Below, piece by piece: positions 47,301 through 62,300 of a stretch of DNA of 64,000 nucleotides (its first letter is position 1; each line of letters starts with the position of its first letter). Origin of the DNA: Carcharhinus amblyrhynchos. Taxonomy: Eukaryota. Position numbers and translations under genes: made by a program. The notes beneath the pieces were generated by a model. That model had not been told where the DNA came from and ran no database searches. It saw only the letters and a list, made by a program, of their open reading frames with translations. The stretch is taken from assembly GCA_965287045.1 (NCBI GenBank), contig OZ336872.1, forward strand, positions 137,268,001 to 137,332,000, given 5' to 3'.

Positions 47301-50300
47301 GGGAGATGTCATGACCTCCTCACCTCTGACAGTGCAGACCTCAGTTGAAGGCCTCAGGAGTGTGCTGCCGTCTGCAGTGCTGGCTCGGACTGAGATGGGT
47401 GGTCCGGCAAGAAAGGGTTGGGTGGATTTTAAAGCAGGGGACTCGGAATGGAGTGGTAATCTAACTCTGTCCCGCTGTGGAAGGTCAGGCCCAATATGAT
47501 TGACCTTCATCCCAGAGACACTCCAACACTGATTGGGTTGTATCAGTTGGAATCAGTCAAATTAGACAGGAAAGTTTGAGTACGGGACTCGAAAGAAGAA
47601 TCACGTTGAACTCGAAACGTTAATTCTTTCTGTCTCTCCACAGATACTGCCAGACCTGCTGAGATTTTCCAGCTTTTTCTGTTTAAGTTTCAGATTTCCA
47701 GTATCCGCAGTATTTTGCTTTAGGACTGTACTCTGTGTTGAATTCTTTTCTCACCCCAGAGTACACCACTGAGCTAGAATGAAACTCACAAATCGTAGAA
47801 TGATGCCCACACCTCCTGATTGGTGACCGGTTAATTCTTTGAAACAAGCCCTATTGGCCCAGGAGATTGTCATGGCAACATCCTCTTCAAGGCCGCACTT
47901 GCTGGTGTGATTGTCCCAGTCTATGTGAAGGTTAAAGTCCATTGCCTTTCCTGAAAGCTCCAATTTTTTCTTCTTTAATTCTCCATCCAATAGTATAACT
48001 CCTCTTCGGGGCCCTGTAAACTACTCCCACCAGCTGACTCATTACTATTCGTACCATTACTAACTCTATATCGGGATCTTTGGAGGGCAAATCCTTTCTC
48101 ACCTTATATCAGCTTTCATCATCTGGGCACCCCACCTTCTTGCCATTTTAACTATTGCTCTGAAACACTGCCTACCCTGGTATATTTCATTCCCAACCCT
48201 GGTCGCTTTGTAACCAAGTGCTGCAGGTTTCCAGCGGGAGGGGAACGCATGTAAAATAGGGTGGCGCCCATTCCACCACCTTATTTTGGTGTTGAGGGTG
48301 GAGGGAGCGTGTGCGGGCGCTGAAATCTGAAGCCCACCCGGCAGGTTCAGATGAATAATTCAGGATCAGTTTTGTTCTCAAACCAATACGCTGCTTCAAG
48401 ATACTTCACAGTGTGGGAGCTGGAAGGTCCATTTTGTAACTAATGTTCGAAAGAAGGGAATGGCCTGTGTTAGGGGGCTACCCTTTGTCAATTTATACTG
48501 AAACACCACCCCCCCCCCACTTCCTTTTAAAATTTATTTATTATTGTCACAAGTAGCTTACATTAACACTGCAATGAAGTTACTCCCCTAGTGGCCATAG
48601 TCCTTGTTTGGGTACACTGAAGGAGAATTTAGCGTGGCCCATGCACCTTACCAGCACATCTTTGGACCCCCTCTCCCCACTCCTCTCCCAAAACTCACCC
48701 ACACCCTCCTGGCCTAAGGCCCCCTGGACTTCCTGGTCCATGGATCCGTGGATCTTTATCCCCCTTTCCCTTTTGTAATCCCAGCAGTGACCACTGATGC
48801 CTTTCCTGGTGTTGCTGGGACTGATGGACCTCGTTAACCCACCCCGTTAATCCACGTTGGCCCCACGCTGAAATTGCTTCGGGAGATTGAGGGGGTGTAC
48901 CATCCGCATAGGTGCAACCCCCACCCGCCCACAATATTCAGCCCGGTGACAATTAAATCTGACCCACTTAACTCTATTTATATAGCCCCTGTCCTGTGTT
49001 GAGATCGTTGATGGTAAAGATCTGAATCGTCAGCGTTGACCATTGGAAAAAAAATCCCGGATTTCTGCTGATGATTGTTATCCAGTGACCACTGCTGGAA
49101 ACTAAAGGTTGCAGAAATGGGGTGGTTTGATGATGCCCCCTGTAGTCAAATAGCTTGCCATTGTTCATTGTTTTGATTCTATCTTACACACGTGCTCAGT
49201 GCCTTTTAGATCCATCACGTAAACCAGCCTTCCACCCATTGGCTCTGTCTATACTTCCCGCTGTCTCGGAAAAGCAAACTGCAAAATTAAGGACCCCACG
49301 TAACCCGGACATTCTCTCTTTCACCTTCTTCCATCAGGAAAAAGATATAAAAGTCTGGGGTCACATACCGACTGATTCAAGAACAGCTTCTTCCCTGCTG
49401 CCATCAGACTTTTGTATGGACCTACTGCGCGTTAAGTTGATTTTTCTCTACACCCGAGCTGTGACTGTAATACTACATTCTGCACTCTCTCAATTCCTTC
49501 TCTATGAACAGTGCGCTTTGTATAGCATGCAAGAAACAACATTTTTCACTGTATACTAATACATGTGACAGTAAATCAAATCAAAGATACTGGAGGGCAG
49601 TAAGCAAGAGTAGAACCATATCCTGCAGTGATCAACAGTGAGTGTTTAATGTCCCATCAAGGCAACTTCAGGAAAGGAAAGAATAAAATGAAAGAAATAA
49701 TTAGCAGGTATGAATGTTTGGGCCATGGCTAATACTCGGGGGCACCTTCCACTTTGTATTGTAGAGTTGGCGTTCTGAATCTAACGTTGGCACTTAAACT
49801 GGTAGTGCAATGAAACTTAAACTGCAATGAAGTTACTGTGAAAATCCCCTAGTTGCCACACTCTGGCGCCTGTTCGGGTACACTGAGGGAGAATTTAACA
49901 TGGCCAGTGCACCTAACCAGTACGTCTTTTGGACTGTGGGAGAAATCAGCATGCAGAGGAAACCCACGCAGACACAGGCAGAATGTGCAGACCCTGCATA
50001 GACAGTGCAGTGGCACAGTGGTTAGCACTGCTGCCTCACAGCACCAGGGACCTGGGTTTGATTCCCGGCTTGGGTCACTATTTATGCGGAGTTTGCATGT
50101 TTCCTCCGGGTGCTCCAGTTTCCTCCCACACTCCAAAGACCTGTAGGTTAGGTGGATTGGCCATGCAAAATTGCTCCTTAGTGTCAAGGGGACTAGCTAG
50201 GGTAAATGCATGGGGTTAAGGCCTGGGTGGGATTGTGGTCGGTGCATATTCGATGGGCCAAGTGGCCTCCTTCTGCACTGTAGGGACTTAAGGTCTATAG

Positions 50301-53300
50301 TGACCCAAGCCAGGAATCGAACCCGGGTCCCTGAAGCTGTGAGGGAGCAATGCTTTTCACCGTGCCACCGAAGGAGATTGTTTGTCAAGAATTGAACATT
50401 TTTTTATCTTTTAACCTGCACGAGACACAGAATGATATAGAGAGGTTGTAGCCTGCTCCATGTTTTCTGCCCGTTTTCACTTGTCTCTCCCACTGCTCCC
50501 CTGGTTGACTGGATCTCCCGAGTAGCTGTCATGATCGCTGATCTTTTCCCAAAGAAAATGATTTCAGTTGCATCTTCATCTTCATCGCTCCCTCCCATAC
50601 ACCTGACATCCAGGATTCGAATAGCATAACTCCAGTGATAGACAGTAATGCCCCCTTAGAAATATTTCCAAAATAATACCTACCAAAATAACAGTTGGGC
50701 TTGGAAATTGGATAAAATGTTGAGGAATGCTGAAAACTTGTGGTCCTCTCTGAAGAGGGAAGGGGAAACATCTCTTTACTCTTAATTCAAGCTCACTTTC
50801 TGATATCTTGCTTTGTGTCTTTGCTGAAGAAACTCCAATTAGCAATAGTTCTTCCTCTTTGATTGCCACAGCTTTGCTTTGTCTTGTTTTGTTTCTTGCG
50901 GTTATCGGTTGTGCGTTGGGTTCCCAGCTTTTGAGGAGTTTCGTTCATGTATGTCTTTGTCCCTTATTTTCTTAGGACTTGACAGCTTTGGCCAAAGAAT
51001 TGCGGGAACTGCGTAACGAAGACTCATCCCGGCCTCCGATTAAAGTCACCGACTACTCTTCGTCCAGTGAGGAGTCGGAAAGCAGCGAGGACGAGGAGGA
51101 GGAGGAAGAGGAGGAGGAAGATGCAGAAAATGAGGCACAGGATGGGACTGTCCCAGTCAGTGATATTCCCAGGATAATGTGAGTCCTAACTACCACTTCA
51201 CCCAACTAAAGAGTCCACAAAGAGCGCTCGGTCATGGATAAGCTCCAGCTGGGATTGGTTGTGTTATCAGATTCCTAATCCGGAGACTGGGACTAATGAT
51301 CTGGTGACACGTTCAAACCCCACCAAGGCAGCTGAGGAATTTAAATTCCGTACTGCAGTGGAGGGGATTCCCTCTGGATTCCTGCCCATCCCAAATTGGG
51401 ACACGCTACTGCCATACAGCGCCAGGGACCTGGGTTCGATTCCCCGATTGGGTCACTGTCTGTGAGGAGTTACTAAGGATGTGACCACACAGGAGAGGAA
51501 ACCGAGGAGATTTATAAAGATGTTGCCAGCAATGAAAAATTCCAGAGGCTGGGGCTATTTTCATTAGAATCGAGGAAGCTGAGGGGAGTTTTAATTGAGG
51601 TGTAGAATATTCAGAGAGACTCCGATCGAGTGGGTAAGAGAGGCCGTTATCTCGGGGGCCCGAGAGTTAAAGTAACCCTCAGAAGGATTAGAGGTGAAGT
51701 GAGGAGAATTTCTTTCACCCAGAAGGCACAAAGTCTGGAACTTTCTGCCTGAAAAGGGGAAAGGGGCAGAAACCCTCATCACATTAAAATAAAACAGCTG
51801 CATTAACACCTGAGATGCTGCAACCTACAGAACTAGGCATCAAGATCGAGAAGAAAACGGGATTAGACTGTCACCCAGCACCGACACAATGGGCTGAATG
51901 GCCTCCTTCTGTGCCACGCATCTTCAATGCTTCTAATCTCTAATTCTTAGTCTTAGTGCGTATAACCCTGTGAAAATCCCCTCGCATATTCGGGAGAATG
52001 GCGAGTTCTCCGTGGCCAACATTTAACTCTTAAATCCTGGGGTAAATCTCTCAATATTGTCCGCCGCCGGAATTGTCACAGGCCGGATGGAGGTTTGACG
52101 GATCGTTGAGAGATCCATTGATGTTGGGCGGGAATTTCTGGTCCTGGGGTTGGGGGGACTGGGAAACCCCATCATCGTCACAACAATCTGGCCATTTATT
52201 ACATTGCTGTTTTTGTTTTGGATCTTGCTGTGCGTACATCGATTGTTCTGTTTCCCCATTACAACAAACGGGGATTCTTTCAAAATACCCCAACTGCTGT
52301 AAAGCACTTTGAGAAGTTGTGAAAGGCACAATCAAAGTTCCAGTCTTGTTTTCCCTCCTTCCAGCCTTTCTCTCTTTCTCTCTCTCACACTTTCTCTCCT
52401 TCCTTTCTGTCCGTTCCCACTCTTTCTCCTTTTATCACTCTCTCTCCCTTCTCTTTCTCTCCCCTTTTCACTCTCACTTTCTCTCCTTTTCTCTCTCCTT
52501 TCTGTCTCTCTCACTTTCTCTCCTTCCCTTCTCTCCTTTTCCACTCTCTTTTTCTACTCTTCTCTCTCTTTCTTTTCTCTCCCCATCTCTCTCTCCTTCC
52601 TGTTTTTCCTCTCTTTCCTTTCTCTCTTTTTTTCTCCTTCCTTTCCATCCATTCCCATGCTCTCCTTCCTCTTTTCTCTCTCTCCATTTTTCTCTCTCTC
52701 CCTCTCGTTCTTTTCTCTCCTTTCTCTTGTTGTTAATGGATAATTGGTTCAGCAGCTCCGGACTGAATTGTAAGTTAATTTCCTGCTCTTGAGTCTGGGT
52801 CCTTACTTTGCAGGCCAACCTCCACAGCGGGCAGCGGTGAGCAGTATAATGAGGAGTATGGCGTGGGACTGGTGGGCAGGCAAGAGGGAGCTTTACCATC
52901 CGATCACTACAGCAACACTTCAGGAGACGGCACCCTGATTATCCGAGAGGTATGTATCCAGTCCATAACTGCAAGGGTTGTACAGAAAAGATCATTAACA
53001 CATGACTTCATATAGTTTGAAAAGAACAAGCCAGCCATTCACTTTTTCACGTGTGTAACTAAGAAGAAATTGAGCAAGTTGGTCGAGGGGTACGGGGCCC
53101 AGAGTGCAGTGAGTTACTGAGTTAGCACGTGGATTGAGGCTGGATGGAGTTGGATGAGGTGAGATTGAATTTGAGAATGAGTCCAGTGGAGGAAGGAAGT
53201 GGGAGGTGGGTGGGAAAAACCGTTTGAGGCCAAAACTGCCTCTGCTGATTGCAATCCCCTGAACACATCCGTCACATCCATCCTGAATCCGAGTTGTTGG

Positions 53301-56300
53301 CAGTGGGAACACCATTCGTTCACCCCGGGCAATATCCATTCAGGCAGGAGGCCCTGCCTCTCTTTACAACAGGTGAAAGCATGACACTGAACCTGGCCCG
53401 ATGTGGTGGGTCAGATATAGAGGTTCCAGTGTGGTTCCATACAGTCACTGCTGTTATAGGCTTTCTTCATCAGGGCATCGTCAAAACCACCCTCATCTTA
53501 TTTTGGGCTTCAACAGCAATGATGTAAATTACAAACTTTGACCTCAGGAATGTAGATAACATCCATAACATGATGGGCTCTGTGAAAAAAGAGGCTCTTC
53601 GGTCCATTGTGTGTGTGCTGGCTCTTGAGTTACCCAATTAGTCCCACTACCCTTCCCTTTCATCATTACCTGTAAAGATTTCCTCTTTAAGATTGGATCT
53701 AATTCTCTTTGAAGGTTCCTATTGAATCTGCTTCCACCGCCTGTTCAGGCAGCACATTTCAGATCATTTCTCTCCATTGACCCTGTCCAGCCCTTCCTGG
53801 TTTTAAGCACTTCAATCAAAGCTTCAGATTGGAAATGAACAAAAGTTTCTTTTCTGACAGATGTTCAAAGGCTGAATGTTTGAGCCCCCAATCCACAGCT
53901 GGCTTGACCAATCCACAGCAGGCCACCGCACCAGGTTCTCAAATTGTCCAAAGATTTATCTTGCTGGTTGGCAGTGAGACGTTACCCTTCTGTTGGGAGG
54001 TGAGGTACAAAGAGAGGCTTTGAAATGTAGCATTGAAACTTTGCTGTCAAAATCTCAGGCATTCCTCATCTTAATTGGTTACCTTTGCGAAGGACAGGCC
54101 TTAATACCTGGCTCTAAAGCTGTCAGATTTCTTGTCCTCTGGGGTGTGAGGTGAATTCTATCACTTTTCCTTCTTCGTAGCTCCTTCCCCTTTCACTTCT
54201 TCCCTACACTTGGCCAACTCATTCTGTCAAGTGTCTTGCCTTGACCACATCAGTATGTTCAGCAGAGCGGAGTCATGAGGTACCAATGTAGAAACATTTT
54301 TAACTATCTGTTCTTGGATGTGGACATCATGAGGCTGGAAAGTATTGCCCATCTCTAATTGCCCTTGGGAAGGTGGTGGCGAGTGGTCTTTTTGAACTGC
54401 TGCAGTCCCTATGGTGTAGGTACACCCACAGTGCTGTTAGGGAGGGAGTTCCAGGATGTTGACCCAGCGACAGTGATGGTGCTGTATTTCCAACTCAGGA
54501 TGGTGAGTGACATAGAGGGGAACTTGCAGCTAGTGGTGTGGTTTTGATGGTTGGAGTGGTGGGTGTGAGAGGGGAGGGTGTTGTGGGTGGCAGGCTTTGA
54601 GGCCTACCCTACCTACCTGGTGACCCGGTTGTTAAAGGGATTGTTTAAATTTGAGAATTAAAATAGTTGGAGAGAAGACATCTCTAACTTTAGAACAAAA
54701 ACAGAAAAATGCTGGAAAGTCTCAGCAGGTCTGACAGCCCCTGTGGAGAGACTGTGTAGCCAATGTTTCAAGTCTTCGTGACCCTTCATCTGAGCTAACT
54801 TTGGACGCCCTCTCTCTTTCTTACCTGGGAAGACGGCCTGTGATTGCTCATTGGAAGGTCTTCTATTGACCCACCCTTCATTGCAAGCCCACACCCGAAT
54901 TGGCCTATCTGGGGAAAATTGATGCCATGTGACATTCCCCACACGGTGCAGCTTTGTGAATTGTGTGTGACACCAATCCCAGACAAAAAGGGTGGAACCC
55001 GACCTTCGGACTCTCTTCCCCAAACCTTTGATGGTCTCGTGCCTGGCCTTTGGTGGCCATTTTAACAAAGGACAAAACGTACGGGCAAGAGAAAAGCATC
55101 AGCTCAGCTGCCCACCATAAACATTTCCAAACCTAACCCAACATGTAACCCCCTGGGATGGACAGAGAACCCCAGAGCCAAGGAGGGAAGCACGTTCTGG
55201 AAGTTCCCTCGCTGATAACCTCAACTGATCAAAGCCAGGTGAGGAGAATGCTCGCTATAAAAATACTTATCTTTCATATGGATTTGTTCTCTGTCCCGGT
55301 TAGGAAACAATCCAGCTCCCTCCTGAAGGCTCTGACGTGTTACTAGCTGGTAACACATTCCCAGGGACTCACTAGAATCATAGAATCCTACGGCCCAGAA
55401 GGAGGTCATCTATCCCATCGAGTCTGTACGTACCACAATCCCACCCGGGCCCGATCCCCGTAACCCCATGCATTTACCCCTGACACTAAGGGGCAATTTA
55501 GCATGGCAAATCCACCTAACACACATTCCATGGGATGAAACCAGAGCACCCAGAGGAAACCCACACTGACATGTGGAGAATGTGCAAACTCCACAAGACA
55601 GTGACCCAAGGCCGGAATTGAATCCAGATCCTTGGCTCTGTGATGCAGCAGTGCTAACCACTGTGTCAGCGTGCCGCCCCATTTCCTGGGTAAGGAAAAT
55701 CTGCCCAATATATTGTCCATTCTCACTTTAACTGTCACCCCCAGCTCTTTCCCAAATGTTAAACTGCAATTGTCTATCATTATTAATGCAAATTATTTGC
55801 TGATAAACATCTACAGGTTGACCCAAGTCAAATCTGTAAATAGACCAAAAGTTCTTGGTTACACTGATCCAATTGCAACTGTTTTCAAATCCAGTCTGCC
55901 TGCTGCATCCTGCTCCTTGGTTATCTCAGGATTACCATGCTTCAGGATTGTTGTGGAGTCTCCAGGGATTAGAAGATTAATCTCGCAGGGAAATCCAGGA
56001 GAAAAAAAATCACAGAACCATTTCTAAGACAAAAAATTCTCAACACTTCCTGGTGATGTAACTAATGGTCAAGAACCATCCAGAATCATTCAGGAAGTGT
56101 AAAGGAGAATGTGCCCCTGTCTACATCAACAGGGACAAAGTTTTTAGGTGTCCAGATCACCAACAACCTGTCCTGGTCCCCCCCATGCCGACACTATAGT
56201 TAATAAAGCTCACCAACGCCTCTACTTTTTCGGAAGACTAAGGAAATTTAACATGTCCGCTACGACTCTCACCAACTTTTACAGATGCACCACAGAAAGC

Positions 56301-59300
56301 ATTCTTTCTGGTTGTATCACAACTTGGTCTGGGCCCCTGCTCTGCCCAAGACTGCGAGGAATTACAAAAGGTTGTGAATATAGCCCAATCAATCGCACAA
56401 ACCAGCTTCCCATCCATTGACTCTGTCTACAATTCCTGCTACTCCGATAAAGCAGCCAGCATAATTAAGGACCCCATGCACCCCGGACATTCTCTTTTCC
56501 ACCTTCTCCCATTGGGAAGAAGATACAAAAGTCTGAGGTCCCGTACCGACCGACTCAAGAACAGCTTCTTCCCTGCTGCTGTCAGACTTTTGAATGGACC
56601 TACCTGATTTTTCTCTACACCCTAACTATGACTGTAACACAACATCCTGCACGCTCTTGTTTTCCTTCTCTATGAACGGTATGCTCTGTCTGTACAGAGC
56701 GCAAGAAACAATACCTTTCACTGGATGTGAATACGTGTGACAATAATAAATCAAATTAAACCTTAACTCCTGGAGCTTCTGTCAAATTATCCAGCTCCCA
56801 CACTCCCATCATTGGTTGTCCAACTTACCTATTCCCATGATGCTCTGCCTTTCTTTAGCCAAATGGATTTGAAAAGATGGAAGAGAGAATGTCCGGGCTG
56901 TGTGGGGTTCTTAATTAGGCTGGCTGCTTTTCTGAGGCAGATGGAAATGTAGACAGAGTCAATGGATGAGAGGCTGATTTGCGTGATGGATTAGGCTTCA
57001 TTCGCGACCCTTTGTAGCTCCTTGCGATCTTGAGCAGAACAGGAGCCCAGACCAAACTGTGATACAACCAGAAAGAATGCTTTCTATGGCGCACCTGTAA
57101 AAGTTAGTGAGAGTCATAGAGATCGGCTATGGCTCAGTGGGCGGCAGTCTCACCTCTGAGACTGTCGGGTCAGGTCTCACTGCAGGACTTGAGCACAAAA
57201 GATCGAAGCTGACACTCCCAGGACAGTGTAGAAACATAGAATCATAGAAACCCTACAGTGCAGAAGGAGGCCATTCAGCCCCTCAAGTCTGCACCGTCCA
57301 CAATCCCACACAGGCCCTAACCCCATATCCCTACAGATTTACTTGCTAATCCCTCTAACCGACGCATCTCAGGACTCTAAGGGGCAATTGTTTTTAGCAT
57401 GGCCGATCAGCCTAACCCGCACGTCTCGGGACTGTGGGAGCAAACCGGAGCACCCGGAGGAAACCCACGCGGATACCAGGAGAATGTGCAAACTCCACAC
57501 AGACAGTGACCCGAGCCGGGAATCGAACCCAGGTCCCTGGGGCTGTGAAGCAGCAGTGCTAATTCAGCGGGGCGGGGGGAGTGTTGCACGGTGTCTTTCC
57601 GATGAGTTGTCAAACTCAGGTCCTTTCAGGCTGGTGCAAAAGGCTCCATGGTCTTTATTTTGAAGGACAGTCGGGGAGTTCTCCTCGCCATCTTGAGTCA
57701 ATATTTATCTCGTAAACAGAGGAACAGATTGTTGCCTGATTGTCACATTGCTGTTTGTGGGAGTGTGCTGTGTGGAAAGTGGATGCAGTGGCTACAGCTC
57801 AAAGCTGTAAAGTACTTTTGGATTTTCCCGTGGCTGTGGAAAGCGCTATACAAATTCAAGTCTTTCTTTCTTTCATCTGGCCAGGGTTGGCAGTCCTGCT
57901 ATAATCCCAGCCTGTTACATGTTATTCTCACCTCCATCTTCCCTTGTTTTGCTGGATAGGGGAGTGGGAGCAGATTCTGGGCTTTATTTAAGCCGGCTGA
58001 TGTGGGGTGGTGGAAGCTGGCAGTTTGTGCTTCTCCTGTCTGTGTCTGTCTATCCATCTGTCCTGTCGATCTATCCATCTATCTATCTATCTGTCTCTCT
58101 GTGTCTCTGCAGACTTCTGGTGACAAAAGGCGGACTGGTCATGTTGACAGTAATGGTTTTGCCAGCCACACCAATCTGCCCGATCTGGTGCAGCAAAGCC
58201 AGTCTCCTGCCACTACACCAACCGAGGCAATTGGCCGAACCGCATCTCAACTCGCCTTGGAAACGGATTCAGCAGCTGGGGTAGGTGGGACGATAGAGTG
58301 GGGAGGGCAACGTCCTCTCGCACAGCTCACCACTGGCAGACAAACAATTCAGCCGAAGCACTTAAAACACTTAAGCAATGGGACTAAGTGGATAGCTTCC
58401 CAAAGAGCTAGCACGTGTACAGTGGGCCGAATGGCCTTCTTTTCCGCTGTGCTTCCTTTGAACAGAGAACAAAGAAAATTACAGCACAAGAACAGGCCCT
58501 CCAAGCCTCCATGTTACCCAACTGAACTAAAACTCCCTACCCTTCCGGGGACCATATCCCTCTATTCCCATCCTATTCATAGATTTGTCAAGTCGCCCCT
58601 TAAAAGTCACTATCGTATCCGCTTCCACTACCTCCCCTGGCAGCGAGTTCCGGGCACCCATTACCCTCTGTGTATAAAAACTTGCCTCGTACATCTCCTT
58701 TAAACCTTGCCCCTCGCACCTTAAACCTGTTCCCCCGAGTAATTGATTCTTCCACCCTGGGAAAAAGCTTCTGACTATCCACTCTGCCCATACCCCTCAT
58801 AATCTTGCAGACTTCTATCAGGTCACCCATCAACCTGCATTGTTCCAGTGAGAACAAAGCAAGTTTCTCCAACCTCCCCTCATAGCTAATGCCCTCCATA
58901 CCAGGCAACATCCTGGTAAATCTTTTCTGTACCCTCTCCAAAGCCTTTCTGATGGAGCTACAGTAATAATTCCATTCATTAGTTTGAAATTGAACATAGA
59001 ATTGAACCTGGTCCAAACCAACTGGAAACTGCTTGAAATTGACTCCTTGCCTAGAAAACATGGTGTCCCTTTTAAGTTACCCCCCCCCCCCGCCGACTTT
59101 CTCACTCGCTGCCAGCTGGTAGCCTGGTTATGAACTAACTGTGGTCCCTGTCTCCTGGTGGAACCTGGGGAGGGTGAATTCTGACTTTTGAGTTTGTCAG
59201 TTGCCCTCACGGTTTTGAACGTGGTGAGTCCTGTGGCAAGCTCGTGGTTGGGAGAATGTCCTGAGACATTCATTCGTCCTTGCGAGTGTTGACAAGAGTG

Positions 59301-62300
59301 CGGGAAAGCAGCAGATTACACCTTCCAACCTTCCTGGTACCAACAGAGGAATCCATTGTTGATTGGGATTGGATGGGTGTCACACTGGTTAGCACTGCAC
59401 TCGCGGCTCCAGGGTCCCGGGTTCGATTCGAGCGTTGAGTGACTGTTTGTGTGGAGTTTGCATGTTCTCCCCGTGTCTGCATGGCTTTCCTCCAGATGCT
59501 CCAGTTTCCTCCCACACTCCAAAGATGTGCAAGTTAAGTGGATTGGTTGTGCTAAGTTGCCCCTTCGTGTCCAAAGATGTGTAGGTTAGGTGGGTTAGCC
59601 TTGGTACGTGTGTGGGGTTACAGGGATAGGGCAGGGAAAAGGGGACAGATCAGGCACTCAGAGAGAGTCAGTGTGGACTGGATGGGCTGAATGGCCTCCT
59701 GCACTGTAGGGATTCTATGATTGAGATCAGAGTTGCAGCACAAGGACCTGGACTGAAATGCAAGAGTTGAAAGATTTAGTATTAATTTGTCGCACCTTTC
59801 CCAGTAGCTGAGATGGTGAGTGGGTCACCAATCAGAGACTGAGCCGCGCAGAATTTACACTCTTTGTAGACGCTGGTAACTTAAAAAAAAACCCAAACTT
59901 TCTGTTCCAAGTTGAAGAAAGCTAACATGAAATGGGGCAGGATTTTCCATGTGTCTCTCCCACCTCCAGAGAGTATTCCAGTGGCACAAACACCTCGTCA
60001 ATGGCATCATCTGATCCCACCAAAGTCTACAGCATCTTGTGTGAGTGATACTGGGGAATCCGCTCCAAGAGATGCCCTTTGGAGGGAAAGGAAGGTTCCG
60101 CTGGTGAGGGAGGGGCCAGACTATCCCAATATGAGTTCCTATTTTCAAACTGTTACTGAAACAAGTGACTAAGAAAAGCAAAAATACCCCTCGTACACTT
60201 AGCCAGACTTTGAACTCTGTGGGGAATTTACTGTTCTTTTATCAAATGGCCCACAGATGCTCCCCGCTTCCAATGGGTTCTGGTTTCCCATTTTTACTGG
60301 ATAGTAACTTTGAGTCACCACCTTCAGGCACTTGTCCTGATTTTGGAAAAGTTTCTTACATCCCTGACCAGAAATAAAGCCTGTCTCCATGAGTCAGGGT
60401 GAGGAACACGGTCTCTCCTGCAGTGTCCGGTCTAGACCTCGGCAATGTCCCTCACTGAGTTCAACATTTCAACCTCGAGCCCAGAATATATTCCCACATT
60501 CTCAATGCAGCATTAAGGGAGTGCCGCACTGTCAGAGGGTCGGTGCTGAGGGAGTGCCGCACTGTCAGAGGGTCAGTGCTGAGGGAGTGCCGCACTGTCA
60601 GAGGGTCAGTGCTGAGGGAGTGCCGCACTGTCAGAGGGTCAGTACTGAGGGAGTGCCGCACTGTCAGAGGGTCAGTACTGAGGGAGTGCCGCATTGTCAG
60701 AGGGTCAGTGCTGAGGGAGTGCCGCACTGTCAGAGGGTCAGTGCTGAGGGAGTGCCGCACTGTCAGAGGGTCAGTGCTGAGGGAGTGCCGCACTGTCAGA
60801 GGGTCGGTGCTGAGGGAGTGCCGCACTGTCAGAGGGTCGGTGCTGAGGGAGTGCCGCACTGTCAGAGGGTCAGTACTGAGGGAGTGCCGCACTGTCAGAG
60901 GGTCAGTGCTGAGGGAGTGCCGCACTGTCAGAGGGTCAGTGCTGAGGGAGCGCCGCACTGTCAGAGGGTCAGTGCTGAGGGAGCGCCGCACTGTCAGAGG
61001 GTCAGTGCTGAGGGAGCGCCGCACTGTCAGAGGGTCAGTGCTGAGGGAGCGCCGCACTGTCAGAGGGTCAGTACTAAGGGAGTGCCGCACTGTCAGAGGG
61101 TCAGTGCTGAGGGAGTGTTCCCGATTGTCTGCTGCCGTTAATTTAATTAATTGGATGTATCACAAACTATAATCTGGTTTAATTGTTCTGATTTGCCCAT
61201 GGTGCTGGGTGACTCATCCAACGAGCAAACTCCTTCACAAAACTCTTGGTCCCTGAAGTCAAAGTAAAGTTTATTTATTAATCACAAGTAATGCTTACAT
61301 TAACACGGTAATGAAGTTACTGTGAAATTCCCTTTCTTTCACATTCCTCTGTTGCCTCACCCTTCCCTCTCTCTGTAACCTCTTCCTGCCCTCAAACTGC
61401 GGAGACCCCAATACTTCTCCAATTCGGGCTGGTTGCAGTCTGTGATTTCTATCTCTCTGCCGTTGGCCGGTGTACCTTCAGCTTCCTGAGTCCTCAGCTC
61501 CAGAATCCTCCCCCTAAGTCTCTCTGTCCGTCTCTCAATGTTCCTTCTAAACTGTGTGGGTTTGTGGCTGTACAACAGTTGAGAATGATCTGGCCCAGTG
61601 TTGTGCGCAAGCAATGTTCTCTTAAGGTCTCAGCAGGGTGGCACGGTGACACAGTGGTCAGCACTGCTGCCTCACAGCACCAGGTACCTGAGTTCGATTC
61701 CCGGCTTGGGTCATTGTCTGTGTGAGGTCGGCACGTTCTCCCCGTGTCTGCGTGGGTTTCTCTCTGGTGCTCCAGTTTCCTTCCACAGTCTGAAAGACGT
61801 GCTGGTTAGGTGGATTAGCCGTGCTAAATGGGGTTATGGGATAGGGTAGGGGAAAGGACCTGGGTGAGATGTTCTTTTGGAGAGTCAGTGCAGACATGAT
61901 AGGCTGAATGACCTCCTTTTGCACTATAGGGATTCCATGTGTGATCATGTGTCAATCTTAAAGAGACTATACATTGCAAAAGACAACAAAAATTTGAAAG
62001 CTTTGCTCTCTCTCTCTCTCTTGCTCTCTCCCCCTCCTCCTCCTACCCCCTCTGGCCAAAAGTTGGGTCACCTGTCCATATGTCTCCCGATGCCACTCAG
62101 TGTCTGATTGTGGTTAAAACCCTTCTGCCAAATGCCTAGGGGTACTTTATTCTTTTGAGGACGTTACATAAATGTAAGTTGTTACTGTTGTTGTTGTTGT
62201 AAGCCGCCATTCCTGCTGCCTCAGGATGTGAGTGAATTGGGGCATTTGTGTGTTGCAGTATGGTCGGAGTACGGGCACAAAGTCATCGTTCACCCCCTTT

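Noticed and set aside
60389-61172. 200-250 aa repeat-protein ORFs ([11 protein letters not shown])n etc.
   Set aside because: Artefact of a 33-bp unit open in several frames on both strands; no splice or homology support
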